From an uncultured delta proteobacterium (GTDB lineage: Bacteria > Myxococcota > Myxococcia > Myxococcales > Myxococcaceae), in assembly GCA_963771175.1 (NCBI GenBank), contig CAVYSY010000002.1:96001-160000 (forward strand): a stretch of DNA of 64,000 nt, written 5' to 3'. The notes beneath the pieces were generated by a model. The model ran no database searches. It was not told the DNA's origin and saw only the letters and a program-made list of their open reading frames with translations. The translations under genes and the position numbers were made by a program. Positions 31,518-43,323 of this stretch are shown here, one piece after another (within the stretch, counting starts at the first letter, position 1; every line of letters begins with the position of its first letter).

Positions 31518-32963
31518 GTGCAGTCCTGTGTTTCGAGAATCCTTTCCAGCTGTCTGGCCGTGTGCCTCACGCTCGCCGTGCTGCTGCCCGTGCCCGCCCT
31601 CGCGATGGACGGTGCGGCCTTCGAGCAGCTCCACACGCGCGTGCAGAAGGAGGACCTCTCCGACGCGAAGCTCTCGGTCCTGAAGACAGCGGCCTCCACC
31701 AATACCTTCACCTGCGCGCAGGTGGCGCGTCTGATCGAGCAGTTCTCCTTCGGTGATGACAAGCTCGAGACGCTCTCGGCGCTCAAGGGCCACATCGAGG
31801 ATCCGGAGAACAAGGGCAAGCTCGTCGCCCTCTTCAGCTTCGACGACGAGAAGGAGAAGGCCAGGCAGTTCCTGGCCGGCATCCAGAGGGCCACGCCCGC
31901 CGCCCCCAACACCGCGCCGGCCACCGGCAGCGAGCCCACCCGCATCAGCGCGGCCACCCGCGGCCGCACCGGCGAGACGACGCCGCTGCTGGTGAACCAG
32001 GTGGGCGCCTGGCCGAGCGCGGACGTCGCCGCGCTCGTCGCGGCACTCGAGAAGGAGAGCTTCACCGAGGGGAAGATGAGCGTGCTCAAGACCGCCATCT
32101 CCAGTCGTCCCGAGGGCTTCACCTCCGCGCACATCCAGCAGATCGTCCCAATCCTCACCTACTGCGACGACATGGTGGAGGCGGTGAAGCTGATGGATGA
32201 GCACATGCTCGGCATGACGTCGCGCGAGGTGCTCGGGGTGCTGGACACGTACTCCTTCAACGACGACAAGCTGAAGGTGCTGCGCGTAATCAAGGACGCC
32301 ATCACCGACGCGGAGAACAAGTTCATCATCCTCGACGGGTTCACCTTCGGTGACCACAAGGAGGAGGCGCGCAAGATTCTCGAGACCATCAAGTCGCGCA
32401 GCCCGGTGTACGGCACCATCCGCAGCAAGCGCGTCATCTTCGTGGTGGATGTCTCCGGCAGCATGAAGGCGCGCTTCACCACCAACCGCGGCGAGACGCT
32501 CAACCGGCTCCAGTTCGTGCAGCGCGAGCTGCAATCCGTGCTGAAGGAGCAGCTCCCGGCGGGCGCGAAGTTCAACCTCGTCATCTTCTCCTCGGGCGTG
32601 CAGGCGTGGAAGCCCGGGCTCGTCCCGGCCACTCCGCAGTCGGTGCAGGAGGCGGTGCAGTACGTGAGCGGGCTGCGCGAGCACGGCGGCACCAACATCC
32701 ACGGCGCGCTGGAGAAGGCGTTCGCCGACTCCGAGGCGGACTCCATCTACTTCCTCACCGATGGCATGCCGTCGGAGGGCAAGAAGAAGGCCACCGCGGA
32801 CATCCTCCAGGACGTGGCCGCCTGGAACGCCCAACGCAAGGTGGTGGTGAACACCGTCGCGTTCCTGATGGGCAGCATCAAGGGTGACAACAAGTCCAAG
32901 TCGCGCGAGCTGATGCTCGAGCTGGCCAAGGCCACCGACGGCGTCTACCGCTCCATCGAGTAG
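31518..32963 (+). CDS. Secreted DUF4476-repeat + VWA domain protein
   Basis: Signal peptide; FTCAQV..FSFGDDKL..I.DPEN repeats; FVVDVSGSM, GGTNI, YFLTDG. Confidence 0.8.
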   Translation: MQSCVSRILSSCLAVCLTLAVLLPVPALAMDGAAFEQLHTRVQKEDLSDAKLSVLKTAASTNTFTCAQVARLIEQFSFGDDKLETLSALKGHIEDPENKGKLVALFSFDDEKEKARQFLAGIQRATPAAPNTAPATGSEPTRISAATRGRTGETTPLLVNQVGAWPSADVAALVAALEKESFTEGKMSVLKTAISSRPEGFTSAHIQQIVPILTYCDDMVEAVKLMDEHMLGMTSREVLGVLDTYSFNDDKLKVLRVIKDAITDAENKFIILDGFTFGDHKEEARKILETIKSRSPVYGTIRSKRVIFVVDVSGSMKARFTTNRGETLNRLQFVQRELQSVLKEQLPAGAKFNLVIFSSGVQAWKPGLVPATPQSVQEAVQYVSGLREHGGTNIHGALEKAFADSEADSIYFLTDGMPSEGKKKATADILQDVAAWNAQRKVVVNTVAFLMGSIKGDNKSKSRELMLELAKATDGVYRSIE

Positions 32964-33035
32964 GACGCGCTCCGCTGCCTCCCCGGGCGGCGCGAGCTCT
33001 CACGAGGCCGCGCCGCGCCATCTGCTCGAGGGAGC

Positions 33036-35981
33036 TCAGGAGAAGAGCTCGAGCAGGTCCTCGCGGGTGATGGCCGTCGCGGCCGAGGCCTCGCTCAGCG
33101 CCGCCTCGAAGAGGGCGCGCTTCTTCTCCTGGAGCCCGAGGATGCGCTCCTCGACCGTGCCCTGCGACACCAGCCGGTACACCATCACCGGCCGCTCCTG
33201 GCCGATGCGGTGGGCGCGATCCGCCGCCTGCGCCTCCACCGCCGGGTTCCACCACGGGTCCACCAGGAACACGTGGTCCGCCGCGGTGAGGTTGAGCCCC
33301 GTGCCACCCGCCTTGAGCGACATCAGCATCACCGGCGCGCCCTCGGGTGACTGGAAGCGCGAGGTGACCTCGCCACGATTGGCTGTCGCTCCGTCCAGGC
33401 GCTCGAAGGCAATCCCGGACTTCTTGAGCTGCGGCTCGATCAGGTCCAGCAGCGAGGTCCACTGCGAGAACACCAGCGCCTTGTGACCGTCCGACACGGC
33501 GGTGTCGAGGGCCTCCACCAGGGTCTGCACCTTCGACGACGAGGTGGCCTGCTGGCCCGGGACGAGCGCGGGGTGGCAGGCCGCCTGACGCAGTCGGAGC
33601 AGGGCCTCGAGCGCCTTGAGCACGCTGCCCCCTTCGTTCAGCAGGGCGACCACTTCCGCGCGAGTCGCCGCCATCACCGCGTCGTAGACGGCGCGCTCCC
33701 GCTCATCCAGCGACACGTGCATCACGGACTCGGTGCGCGGCGGCAGCTCGGGCGCGACATCCCGCTTGAGGCGCCGCAGGACGAAGGGCCGGATGCGCTT
33801 GCGCAACCGCTCCGCCGCCCCCGCCTGCCCATCGGCGATCGGCTGGGTCACCCGCTCGTCGAACTGTCTCCGCCCCCCGAGCAGGCCCGGGTTGGTGAAG
33901 TGCATCAGGCTCCAGAGCTCCTCCAGCCGGTTCTCCAGCGGCGTGCCGCTGAGCGCCAGACGGAAGTTCGCCTTGAGCCCGAAGGCCGAGCGCGCCACCT
34001 GGCTCTCGGGATTCTTGATGGCCTGGGCCTCGTCCAGCACCACCGCGTCCCAGGTACGGCCCCCGAGCACGGCCGCGTCCAGCCGGAGGATGGAGTACGT
34101 GGTGAGCGTCACATCGGCGGCCTCGTCCAGGGCACGACCGGGCCCGTGATACACGCAGACCTTGAGCGACGGACGGAAGCGCTTGAGCTCCGCGACCCAG
34201 TTCGGAAGCACGCTGGTGGGGCAGACGACGAGGGAGCGCGGGCCCAGCACGCAGATCGTCTGGAGCGTCTTTCCGAGGCCCATGTCGTCGGCGAGGATGC
34301 CGCCAAGGCCCGCGCCCTGGAGGAAGCGGAGCCAGCTCACGCCCTGCTGCTGGTAGTGGCGCAGCGTGGCGGTGAGGTCCTCCGGAAGGGCCGGAGGCGG
34401 GAGCTTCTCGAAGCCCTCGACCAACGGGGCCAGCCGGTCGAGTCCCGGCGGAGGCGGCTGCTCGAGCGTCTCACACAGCGCGCTCAACTCCGGCAGGGCG
34501 TGATTGGAGACCCGGCCATCCGCCTGACGCGCGGCCAGGAGGTCCGCGACGCGCTGGCCGTTCTTGTCCAACCAGGCCCGCGGCAGAGGCGCCCAACCGC
34601 CTCCGTCGAGGGGAACGAGTCCCAGCCCTTCCGTCCACGCCCGGATGACCGCCGCCGCGTCCACGGACTGCGTCTCGCCCTTGCCGCCCTCCACCTGGAA
34701 CTCGAGCGTGAAGCGCACGTTGGGAATGCCCGTCCCATCGGCGGACTCCACCCGGAGCAGGGGCCGGAGCTGGACGTCCGGGCTCACGATGCTCGCGGCA
34801 TCTCCGGAGAGGTCCCCTCGCCAGCGCCGGAGCTTGTCCGCCCAGCGCACCATCTCCTGCCCCTGCACCGTCAGCCGTCGGCCGGGGACCAGGTTCAGCT
34901 CATCGCGGAGCTGATGGATGAGGCGTTGTTCGGCCGCCTCGTCGCGCAGGGGCACCGCCCCGCGCAGGTAGACCATCCGGCCGTTGTCGATCCGCACCGA
35001 CGGAGGCGCCCCGTACACGAGGGTGGGCAGCACGGACAGCCCGGACTCGAGCTGGTTGAGCTCCATCAAGATGCGCGGCTTCAGCTCGCGATCGATGGGC
35101 GGCAGGCGCCGGCTGCGGACCACGACGGGCATGCGGCGGCCCAGCTCCGGGAGCACCTTCGAGGAGATCTCCCCCATCTGCTCGGGCGCGAAGGTGCGGA
35201 CCACGGGAAGGTTCTGGAGCCACGCTCCGGTCATCGACGTCTCGCCCAGCCGGGCCAGCGCATCGGTGAGCAACGCGACCCCCGGGCTCACGACCTCGAC
35301 GATGCGGGGATCTCGCGTCACCGTCACGACAATCTGCCCGCCCCGGTCCTCGACGAGGGCCCTCGGGGCGACGACCTCCTCCGCCACCGCGACGGGCCGC
35401 CCGTCGAGCAGGACGTTGCGCGCCTGCTGGAGCACCTGGAGCAGTGCGTCCAGGCGCTCGGGAGGGAGTGCCCCGCGCGTGCGGCGCTCCAGGAGACGGT
35501 CCGCGAGGAGGTCCGACTGCTCGACCTGCAGCATCGCGGCCTTCGCCGGCTTCGCGAGCAGGGAGGCAAGGGTGTCCTCGAGGGGCTCCTCCTGACCATC
35601 CGCGTGCACGAGCGCCCGGTGGAGCTCCAGCCCGCCGGGGACGCGCGTGAACCGATACACCACGCGGGACCACTTGTTCGCGATCGACTCCAGCGGCTTG
35701 TCCTGCTTCTCCGCCTGCTGGACGAAGAGAGCCCCGGCCACGACGTGCTCGCACGGGTCCACCCGACTGGGGCAGTCGCACTCCCAGGCCTCGTCGCCGG
35801 GGTACAGAATGACCGTGAGGGCCACCGGGCGCCCCGCTGCCTTCACCCTCAGTTCAATCTCATTCGACTTCTGAGCCTGGACCGAGACGGCACCGGCACG
35901 GGAGAGGTTCACCCCATTGGACCAGATTCCAGGGCGAGCTTCCTTGCGAACGGCTTCGAGCAGTTGAGCGAGCGCGGACAT
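33036..35981 (-). CDS. SWIM zinc finger SNF2-family helicase
   Basis: [59 protein letters not shown]. Confidence 0.95.
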   Translation of the reverse strand: MSALAQLLEAVRKEARPGIWSNGVNLSRAGAVSVQAQKSNEIELRVKAAGRPVALTVILYPGDEAWECDCPSRVDPCEHVVAGALFVQQAEKQDKPLESIANKWSRVVYRFTRVPGGLELHRALVHADGQEEPLEDTLASLLAKPAKAAMLQVEQSDLLADRLLERRTRGALPPERLDALLQVLQQARNVLLDGRPVAVAEEVVAPRALVEDRGGQIVVTVTRDPRIVEVVSPGVALLTDALARLGETSMTGAWLQNLPVVRTFAPEQMGEISSKVLPELGRRMPVVVRSRRLPPIDRELKPRILMELNQLESGLSVLPTLVYGAPPSVRIDNGRMVYLRGAVPLRDEAAEQRLIHQLRDELNLVPGRRLTVQGQEMVRWADKLRRWRGDLSGDAASIVSPDVQLRPLLRVESADGTGIPNVRFTLEFQVEGGKGETQSVDAAAVIRAWTEGLGLVPLDGGGWAPLPRAWLDKNGQRVADLLAARQADGRVSNHALPELSALCETLEQPPPPGLDRLAPLVEGFEKLPPPALPEDLTATLRHYQQQGVSWLRFLQGAGLGGILADDMGLGKTLQTICVLGPRSLVVCPTSVLPNWVAELKRFRPSLKVCVYHGPGRALDEAADVTLTTYSILRLDAAVLGGRTWDAVVLDEAQAIKNPESQVARSAFGLKANFRLALSGTPLENRLEELWSLMHFTNPGLLGGRRQFDERVTQPIADGQAGAAERLRKRIRPFVLRRLKRDVAPELPPRTESVMHVSLDERERAVYDAVMAATRAEVVALLNEGGSVLKALEALLRLRQAACHPALVPGQQATSSSKVQTLVEALDTAVSDGHKALVFSQWTSLLDLIEPQLKKSGIAFERLDGATANRGEVTSRFQSPEGAPVMLMSLKAGGTGLNLTAADHVFLVDPWWNPAVEAQAADRAHRIGQERPVMVYRLVSQGTVEERILGLQEKKRALFEAALSEASAATAITREDLLELFS

Positions 35982-36123
35982 GGGAGATGCGAATCCCTAC
36001 GCTCCGCGAGGGCGCCGCGCAACGCCGATGTGCCTACACCGGGCGCGGAAGATCAGCCGTCAACGGCTCCTTCCCCCTTGGACGTCCGGGAAGCAGGGGG
36101 CGGCACACAAGGCGTGGACCTGG

Positions 36124-36486
36124 TCAGCGGCCCTGGATGCGAGTCCGCAGCTCGGAGATGAGTGACTCGTAGCGCAGCGGCTTGCCCAGCACCCGACACG
36201 CCCCCAGCGACAAGGCGGCCTCGCTGGCCAGCGAGTTCACGTGCCCTGTCACCACCAGCACCGGCGCTCCCGGTCGGGACAGGCGCGCAGCGCGCACCAC
36301 GTCCAGTCCTCGGCCCCCGGGCAGATCCACGTCGGTGATGACCGCGTCGAAGACCTCGTTGCGCAGGCGTTGGATGGCGTCCTGGGTCGCGCACAGGCCC
36401 ACGGCCGTATAGCCATCCATCGACAGGAGATCGCACAGCGCTCCCGTGGCCACCGGCTCACCGTCCACCACCAGGATGCGCTTCAT
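36124..36486 (-). CDS. Single-domain response regulator
   Basis: RILVVDG, AVITDVDLP, VLVVTG, GKP. Confidence 0.85.
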   Translation of the reverse strand: MKRILVVDGEPVATGALCDLLSMDGYTAVGLCATQDAIQRLRNEVFDAVITDVDLPGGRGLDVVRAARLSRPGAPVLVVTGHVNSLASEAALSLGACRVLGKPLRYESLISELRTRIQGR

Positions 36487-36491
36487 GGTGC

Positions 36492-37078
36492 TCACCACCC
36501 GCCCCACGGTTGCGCTCTCCCGCCACTCACCCGGCGCGCCGGGGCGGCCGGCAGGGGAAAGGCCAGCTCCAGCGCATCCGCCGCGTCGGCCAGCGAGCCG
36601 TGCGCGGCCTCGATGCGCGCGAACTTCGCCCGGACCCGCTCCATCTCGTCCACTGGGAGCAGCCGCCTCACCATCGGGAAGAAGCGCCCCTCCTCCGCCT
36701 CCGTGTGGCCCCGGTGCAGGCGCACGTACCGCGCCGAGAGCGTGTACAGCTCCGCGGGCTCACTCTCACCTCGCGCCACGGCCCGTGCCACCTCGCGCAG
36801 CTCCTCCGCCACCTCTCGTCCCAGCGAATGCTGCCCGGAGAGTGCCGCCAGCACGCCCGCGCCCAGCGGCAGCCCCCGCGCGGTAATGGCCTGGAAGACC
36901 TCGTCCTCCTTCGCGTCGTGGCTGCCATCCACGAAGTTGATGAGGAAGTGCGCGGCCCGCTCGAACAGCACCGGGGAGACGCTCCCCCCGCGCGCCCGTG
37001 CTCCACGGCCCGCTCGAGCACGTCCATGACGCGCTCGATGGAGCGATGCTCGTTCATCAGGATGTCGATGGCGTCCAT
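36492..37078 (-). CDS. Hemerythrin (HHE) domain protein (frameshift near 36985)
   Basis: LMNEHRSIER, DGSHDAKED, QH..GR, HTEAEE..FFP. Confidence 0.8.
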
Positions 37079-37080
37079 GT

Positions 37081-38451
37081 TCACACCGTCCGAGAGAAGC
37101 GGGGCCGCTCGGCCCGGCGCAGGTACGTGTCGAACACCATCGCCACGTTGCGTACGAACAGCCGCCCCATGGGGGTCACCTCGAGCTGGCTCCCCTCCCG
37201 GCGCACCAGCCCGTCGTCTTCCAGCGGCTTGAGCCGCTCCAACTCGAGCGCGAAGTCGCGCGTGCCGTCCTCGCCCAGGTCCACCCAGAAGTTGCACATG
37301 AGCTGGGTGATGACGGCACGGCGGCGGCGGTCGTCCTCGGACAGCCGCATGCCGCGCTCGGTGGCGAAGCCGCCCGCGCGGACCCGCTCGTAGTAGTACG
37401 GCAGGGCGCGGACGTTCTGCGCGTACGCGCCCCCCACGTCGCTGATGCCCGTGGCGCCGAGCGCCACCACGTCCGAGGCCGCCTTCACCGTGTAGCCCTG
37501 GAAGTTGCGTCCCAGCGCGCGCCGCTCCTGGGCGAGGGCCAGCTCGTCCTCGGGGAGGGCGAAGTGGTCCATGCCGATGGGCCGGTAGCCCGCGCCCGTG
37601 AAGAAGGCCCACGCCGAGCGGAACAGCTCCATCTTCGTCCGGGCGTCCGGCAGGGCCTCGGCCGGCATGCGCTTCTGGTGCTTCAGCACGTCCGGCATGA
37701 AGGCGAACGAGTAGACGGCGAGCCGGTCCGGCCGCAGCAACAGCACCTGCTCCAGCGTGCGCCCCCAGCTCTCCGGTGTCTGGTGCGGCAGCCCGTAGAT
37801 GAGATCGAAGTTCACCCCGGAGAAGCCCAGGGTGCGCGCGTGCTCCAGCAGCGCCCGCGTCTGCTCGAAGGGCTGGAGGCGGTTGGTCACCTCCTGCACC
37901 TTCGGATCGAAGTCCTGCAGCCCCATGGAGACGCGGTTGAAGCCGAGCTGCCGCAGCAGGGAGAGCTGCTCCGGCGTGGTGCTGGCCGGGTGGACCTCGA
38001 TGGCCACCTCCGCGTCCGGCAGCGGGGAGAGGTGCCGGGTGAGCCCGCTCCACAGGCGCTCCATCTGCGCCTCGGAGAGGAAGGTGGGCGTGCCGCCGCC
38101 CCAGTGGAGCTGCGCCAGCTTGCGCCGGGGCCCGAGCCGACCCACCACCAGCTCCAACTCCAGGAGGAGGTGGTCGATGTAGAGGTCCGCCGCGCCCCGG
38201 TCCTTGGAGACGACCACGTTGCACCCGCAGTACCAGCACAGGCTGCGGCAGAACGGTAGGTGGACGTACAGGGAGAGGGGCTCATCGGCCCCAGCGGTTC
38301 GGGCCGCCTCGAGCCGGTCGGCGTAGTCCTCCGTGCCGAAGTCGGGCCTCCACTCGGGGGCGGTGGGGTAGCTGGTGTAGCGAGGGCCGGCGACGTTGTA
38401 ACGCCGCATGAGCTCCTCGGAAGGCGTGGGGATTTGCTGGGACGCAACCAT
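37081..38451 (-). CDS. hemN: Oxygen-independent coproporphyrinogen III oxidase
   Basis: GPRYTSYPTA, YVHLPFCRSLCWYCGC, WGGGTPT, IGMDHFA, RNFQGY. Confidence 0.95.
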   Translation of the reverse strand: MVASQQIPTPSEELMRRYNVAGPRYTSYPTAPEWRPDFGTEDYADRLEAARTAGADEPLSLYVHLPFCRSLCWYCGCNVVVSKDRGAADLYIDHLLLELELVVGRLGPRRKLAQLHWGGGTPTFLSEAQMERLWSGLTRHLSPLPDAEVAIEVHPASTTPEQLSLLRQLGFNRVSMGLQDFDPKVQEVTNRLQPFEQTRALLEHARTLGFSGVNFDLIYGLPHQTPESWGRTLEQVLLLRPDRLAVYSFAFMPDVLKHQKRMPAEALPDARTKMELFRSAWAFFTGAGYRPIGMDHFALPEDELALAQERRALGRNFQGYTVKAASDVVALGATGISDVGGAYAQNVRALPYYYERVRAGGFATERGMRLSEDDRRRRAVITQLMCNFWVDLGEDGTRDFALELERLKPLEDDGLVRREGSQLEVTPMGRLFVRNVAMVFDTYLRRAERPRFSRTV

Positions 38452-38465
38452 CGGGTTCTTGCCAA

Positions 38466-38481
38466 TCCAAGCACCGTGCCA
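38466..38481 (-). promoter_or_regulatory. Putative sigma54 promoter for hemN (TGGCACGGTGCTTGGA)
   Basis: Perfect TGGCACG -24 element; -12 is TTGG rather than TTGC. Confidence 0.55.
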
Positions 38482-38578
38482 ACGTCGGCCCCCCGCAAAC
38501 CCCCGTCCGGACTGCCCTTCCGAGCGCAAGCGCTGCGCCCGGACGCAAGGGTTGCGCTTCAGGGTCCCATCGACCCGG

Positions 38579-39995
38579 CTACCGGCCCGGAGAGGGCGGC
38601 CCCAGGAAACGCCCCTCCAGCCGCTTCACCTCCCCGGAGGCCTGGTCGGTGACCTCGAGCTGGAAGGTGAAGGGAACGCGCTGGGTCCGCTCCACGGTGA
38701 TGAAGAGAGGCACCCGGAAGCTCTCCAGGGAGCCGAGCTTCACCTCCTGCTGTGGCACCACCACCGAGGCCGGCACCGGGCTGTCCACACGTATGGTGAA
38801 GGTGGACTCAGTGGGATTCTTGTTCACCAGGTGCAGCTCGAACTGGTTGCGCAGCGTGGTGCCCTCCATGAGGTAGGGCATGCCCTGGAAGCGCAGCAGG
38901 TTGGCCTCGAAGGGCTTGCGGCCCACCAGGGCCACCGTGAGCGCGACCCCGGAGATCAGCAGGAGGGCCCCGTAAAGGAACAGACGCGAACGGAGGACCC
39001 GGCGCGGCTGGCCCGCCAATCCGTTGAGCGAGTCGTAGCGGACGAGGCCCCTGGGACGCCCCAGCTTGTCCATCACCTCGTCGCAGGCGTCCACGCACTG
39101 CGCGCAGGCGATGCAGTCCATCTGCAGGCCGTCGCGGATGTCGATGCCGGTGGGGCAGGCGGTGACGCACTTGCGGCAGTCCACGCAGTCGCCCTGGCGC
39201 GGAGCCTCGGGCAGGGACTGCTTCGCCTTCACCAGCCGGCCCCGGGGCTCGCCGCGACCGAGGTCGTAGCCGATGATGAGCGAGTCCCTGTCCTGCATCG
39301 CCGACTGCAGGCGCCCGTAGGGGCAGAGCACCACGCAGAGCTGCTCGCGGAACCAGGCGAAGTTGAAGTACAGCGCGCCCGTGACGACCATGGCCCAGGC
39401 GAAGGGCACGCCGTGACCGCCCGGCCCCTCGCGCACCATGGTGACCAGGTCCTTCACGGAGACGAAGAACGCCAGCGCCACGTGCGCCAGCAGCCAGCGA
39501 CACGAGCAGGTAGGCCCCGTGCTTCGTCACCCCGCGCAGCACCCGCTGCGGCGTCCACGGCCCGGCCGCCATCTTCAGCCGGCGCTCGCGCGGGCCGTCG
39601 ATCCACCGTTCGATGCTGGCGGTAGACGCCCTCGAGGAACACCGTCTGCGGACAGCGCCCAGCCGCACCACACGCGGCCGAGCCACGCCGTGGCGAAGAG
39701 CAGGGAGAAGCCCGCGGTGGTGAGCAGGAGGAGGACGAGCCAGAAGTCCTGCGCGTTGAAGGTGCGCGCCGAAGAGGTAGAAGTGGCGCGCCGCGATGTC
39801 CAGGTGGATGGCGGGATGGCCCCCCACCCGGACGAACGGCATCACCACGTAGATGGCGATCAACACCACGTAGACGAGGCGCCGCCAGCGGATGAAGCGG
39901 CCATGCACGTCCGAGGGGTGGATGCCCAGCCGGGACCCATCCGGCCGAATGGAGGCGAGATGCCCGGTGCCTGGCCCTGGAGCTTGCGGCTGCAT
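38579..39995 (-). CDS. ccoG: cbb3 oxidase accessory ferredoxin CcoG/FixG (frameshifts)
   Basis: GRVWCGW, FREQLC..CPYGRLQS, CVDCRKCVTACPTGIDIRDGLQMDCIACAQCVDAC. Confidence 0.9.
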
Positions 39996-40005
39996 ACGTC
40001 CTCCC

Positions 40006-40564
40006 TTACTGCGCCGGCTCGCCCTGAGGGGCCTTGCCGGGCACGTCCGTGTTCTTGAGCGTCAGCACGTAGGCGACGATGGCGCGCACGCGCTGGGCGC
40101 CCAGCGTGCTGCTCCCAGCCGGGCATGCCCTTGGCCACCACGCCCTCGGCGATCGTCTTCTGGATCTCCGTCGGCTTGCCGCCGTGCAGCCAGAACTTGT
40201 CCGTCAGGTTGGGGCCGATGAGCCCCTCGCCCTTCTGCGCCGTGACAGGCCGCGCACACCTGCGTGAACTGGGTCTTGCCCTGCTCCACCACCGCCGGCG
40301 TCGTTGACCAACGCGAGCAGCGTCTCGTCGCCCGTGGGCGGCGGCTTGTTGGCGGCGGCGATGCGCGCGGCCTCGGCTGCCTCGGCCTTGTACACCTCGA
40401 GCGAGCCCGGGCCCTTGCCGCGTCACATGGTAGTAGTACCAGTAGCCGAAGCCGAAGACGATGGTGGTCCAGAGGATGAGCAGCCACCAGTTGGGCAGGT
40501 GGTTGTCCATCTCCTCGATGCCGTCGTAGACGTGGAGAATTCCCGGCTTGTCACTCGAGCTCAT
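40006..40564 (-). CDS. ccoP: cbb3-type oxidase subunit III, short monohaem form (frameshifts)
   Basis: HVYDGIEEMDNHLPNWW, CAACH, IGPNLTDKFWLHGG, KGMP.W. Confidence 0.9.
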
Positions 40565-40763
40565 GGTGGGTCCTCGCGCCGCGGGAGTCGGAAGTCACCG
40601 CGCCTGACTCGGCCAGCGGCAGCCGGGAGAGCGCGTCGTAGTCCTGGCCCCGCCGCGCGAGGAACACCCACGCGACCACGCCGAGGAACACAGCGAAGAA
40701 GAGAAGCAGGGTGAAGAGCGGGAGCTGGGTCAGCTCCATCCCCTCGTAGAATTGTTTCCACAT
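40551..40763 (-). CDS. ccoQ: cbb3-type oxidase subunit IV
   Basis: One TM helix followed by LSRLPL; lies between ccoO and ccoP. Confidence 0.75.
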   Translation of the reverse strand: MWKQFYEGMELTQLPLFTLLLFFAVFLGVVAWVFLARRGQDYDALSRLPLAESGAVTSDSRGARTHHELE

Positions 40764-43116
40764 CAGGGAGTCCCTCCCGCCGAGACGGCGCATCAGGCCC
40801 AGCTCGGCGCCTTCGGCAGATCCTGGGGCCCGCGCCCCAGCCGCTGCAGGTAGGAGATGATGGCGACCATCTCCGAGTCCCACGCCACCTGGACGCCCTG
40901 GGCGGCCAGGTCCGCGGTGATGGCCTCCGCCTGGGCCTTCTGGCGCGCCTCGGCCCCGTCGACGTCCGTGTTGGTGTAGGGCACGCCGAGCTTCTGCATC
41001 AGCGCAGCTTCTTGGGCGCCAGCTTCACGTCGATGCTTGTTCTCCGCGAGCCACGGGTACGGCGGCATGTTGGAGCCGGGGCTGGTGGCGCGCGGATCCA
41101 TCAGGTGCGTGTAGTGCCAGAGGTTGGGGTACTTGCCGCCCACGCGGTGCAGGTCCGGCCCGGTGCGCTTGCTGCCCCACTGGAACGGGTGGTCGTAGAT
41201 GAACTCCTCGGCGCGGGACACGTCGCCGTAGCGCTGCGACTCGGCGATGAACGGGCGGATCATCTGCGAGTGGCAGATGTAGCAGCCCTCGCGGACGTAG
41301 AGGTCGCGGCCCTGGAGCTCCAGCGGGCGAGTACGGCAGCTGGGCCTCGCCGTGCGCCGGCACCGCCTGCTTGATGAGGATGGTGGGCAGCAGCTCCGCC
41401 ACGCCGCCGATGAGGATGGCGATCAGGGTGAGCACGGTGAAGGCCAGCGGGCGGCCCTCGATGAGGGCGAACCACGTGGGCCGGCCGGCCTCACGGTCGC
41501 GCCGGGCCACGATCCAGGCGATCTGCGCCCAGGGCCACGATGATGCCCATGATGACGATGGCACGCATCGGGCTGGCCCAGCCGAGGAAGATGCGTGACG
41601 CCGAGGATGGCCAGGCGCGAACAGCAGCGGCCAGCCGGTGAGCATGGCCACCCAGGCGGGCTTGCCGGGCACCACGGGCACGGGCGCCAGCTCCTCCACC
41701 ACGACCGTGGTCTCGCCGTTCACCGCCTTGCCGGAGCGCGCCGTCTTCCAGAGGTTCCACGCCATCAGGAGGAAGCCGAGCAGGTAGAGCGTGCCGCCGA
41801 CGAAGCGGAGCGATGTACATGGGCCGGATGGCGAGCAGCGTCTCGACGAAGTTCGGGTAGAGCAGCGTGCCGTCCGGGTTGGTGGCGCGCCACATCAGGC
41901 CCTGGTTGATGCCCGAGACCCACATGGCGACGATGTAGAGCAGGATGCCGACGGTGCCGATCCAGAAGTGCAGGTCCGCCGCGCTTCGACGAGTGCAGCT
42001 TCGTGCCGTACAGCCGCGGCACCAGCCAGTAGAACATGCCGGCCGCCATGAAGCCGTTCCAGCCCAGGGCGCCGCCGTGCACGTGGCCGATGATCCAGTC
42101 GGTGTAGTGCGCGAGCGCGCTCACGCTCTTGATGGAGAGCAGCGGGCCCTCGAACGTCGCCATGCCGTAGAAGGTGACGCCGGCGACGAAGAACTTGAGG
42201 ACGGGGTCCTCGCGCAGCTTGTCCCAGGCGCCGCGCAGGGTGAGCAGGCCGTTGAGCATGCCGCCCCAGGAGGGCGCCCACAGCATCACGCTGAACACCA
42301 TGCCCAGCGACTGCGCCCAGTCCGGCAGCGCGGTGTAGAGCAGGTGGTGCGGACCGGCCCAGATGTAGATGAAGACCAGCGCCCAGAAGTGGATGATGGA
42401 GAGCCGGTACGAGTAGACCGGGCCGCTCCGCCGCCTTGGGCAGGAAGTAGTACATGATGCCCAGGATGGGCGTGGTCAGGAAGAAGGCGACGGCGTTGTG
42501 GCCGTACCACCACTGCACCAGCGCGTCCTGCACGCCGGCGAAGATCGAGTAGCTCTTCAGCGGGCTGAGCGGCAGCGCCAGGCTGTTGACGATGTGCAGC
42601 ACCGCCACGGTGACGATGGTGGCGATGTAGAACCAGATGGCGACGTAGAGGTTCTTCTCGTTGCGCTTCGCCAGCGTCCAGAAGAAGTTGATGGCGAAGA
42701 CCACCCAGACCAGCGCGATGGCGATGTCGATGGGCCACTCCAGCTCGGCGTACTCCTTGGAGGTGGTGATGCCGAGCGGCAGCGTGATGGCCGCCGCGAC
42801 GATGATGGCCTGCCAGCCCCAGAAGTGGATCTTGGAGAGCAGGTCGCGACGCCATGCGCGCCTTCAGCAGGCGCTGGGTGGAGTAGTAGATGCCGGCGAA
42901 CATCATGTTGCCCACGAACGCGAAGATGACCGCGTTGGTGTGCAGCGGGCGCAGGCGCCAGAAGGTCAGGTAGGGGACGCCGAAGTTGAGCTGCCACCAG
43001 GCGAGCTGGGCGGCGACGAGCAGCCCACCAGCATGCCCACGACGCCGAACACGATCGAGGCGGTGATGAAGTGCCGTGTCGGTGGTGTCGTCGTAGACGA
43101 TGCGTTGCTGTTGCAC
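40763..43116 (-). CDS. ccoNO: Fused cbb3-type oxidase subunit I/II (frameshifts)
   Basis: [35 protein letters not shown], then [13 protein letters not shown] and [10 protein letters not shown]; no separate ccoO start seen. Confidence 0.9.
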
Positions 43117-43137
43117 GGACGATCACCTCGTGGGAAT

Positions 43138-43323
43138 TCACTGCTGCGGCTTGGACTCGGACGACTCGACCGGACTGGGGCGGGCGGTGTCGTCCTCGAG
43201 CGGGATGAGGGACAGTCGATCGGCGTGCTCGTGGTCGCGGTGCCGTACGCTGAAGGCGAAGAGCAGCACCGAGCCCGCCACGAGCATCAGGCTGACGAAG
43301 ACCTGGAGGACGATGACGTTCAC
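43138..43323 (-). CDS. ccoS: cbb3 oxidase assembly protein CcoS/FixS-like
   Basis: Small single-TM protein with DHEHADRLSLIPLED; between ccoI and ccoN. Confidence 0.7.
   Translation of the reverse strand: MNVIVLQVFVSLMLVAGSVLLFAFSVRHRDHEHADRLSLIPLEDDTARPSPVESSESKPQQ

Noticed and set aside
33036..35981. SNF2 helicase as part of an anti-phage system
   Set aside because: Stand-alone SWIM-SNF2 with no adjacent methylase, nuclease or other defence genes
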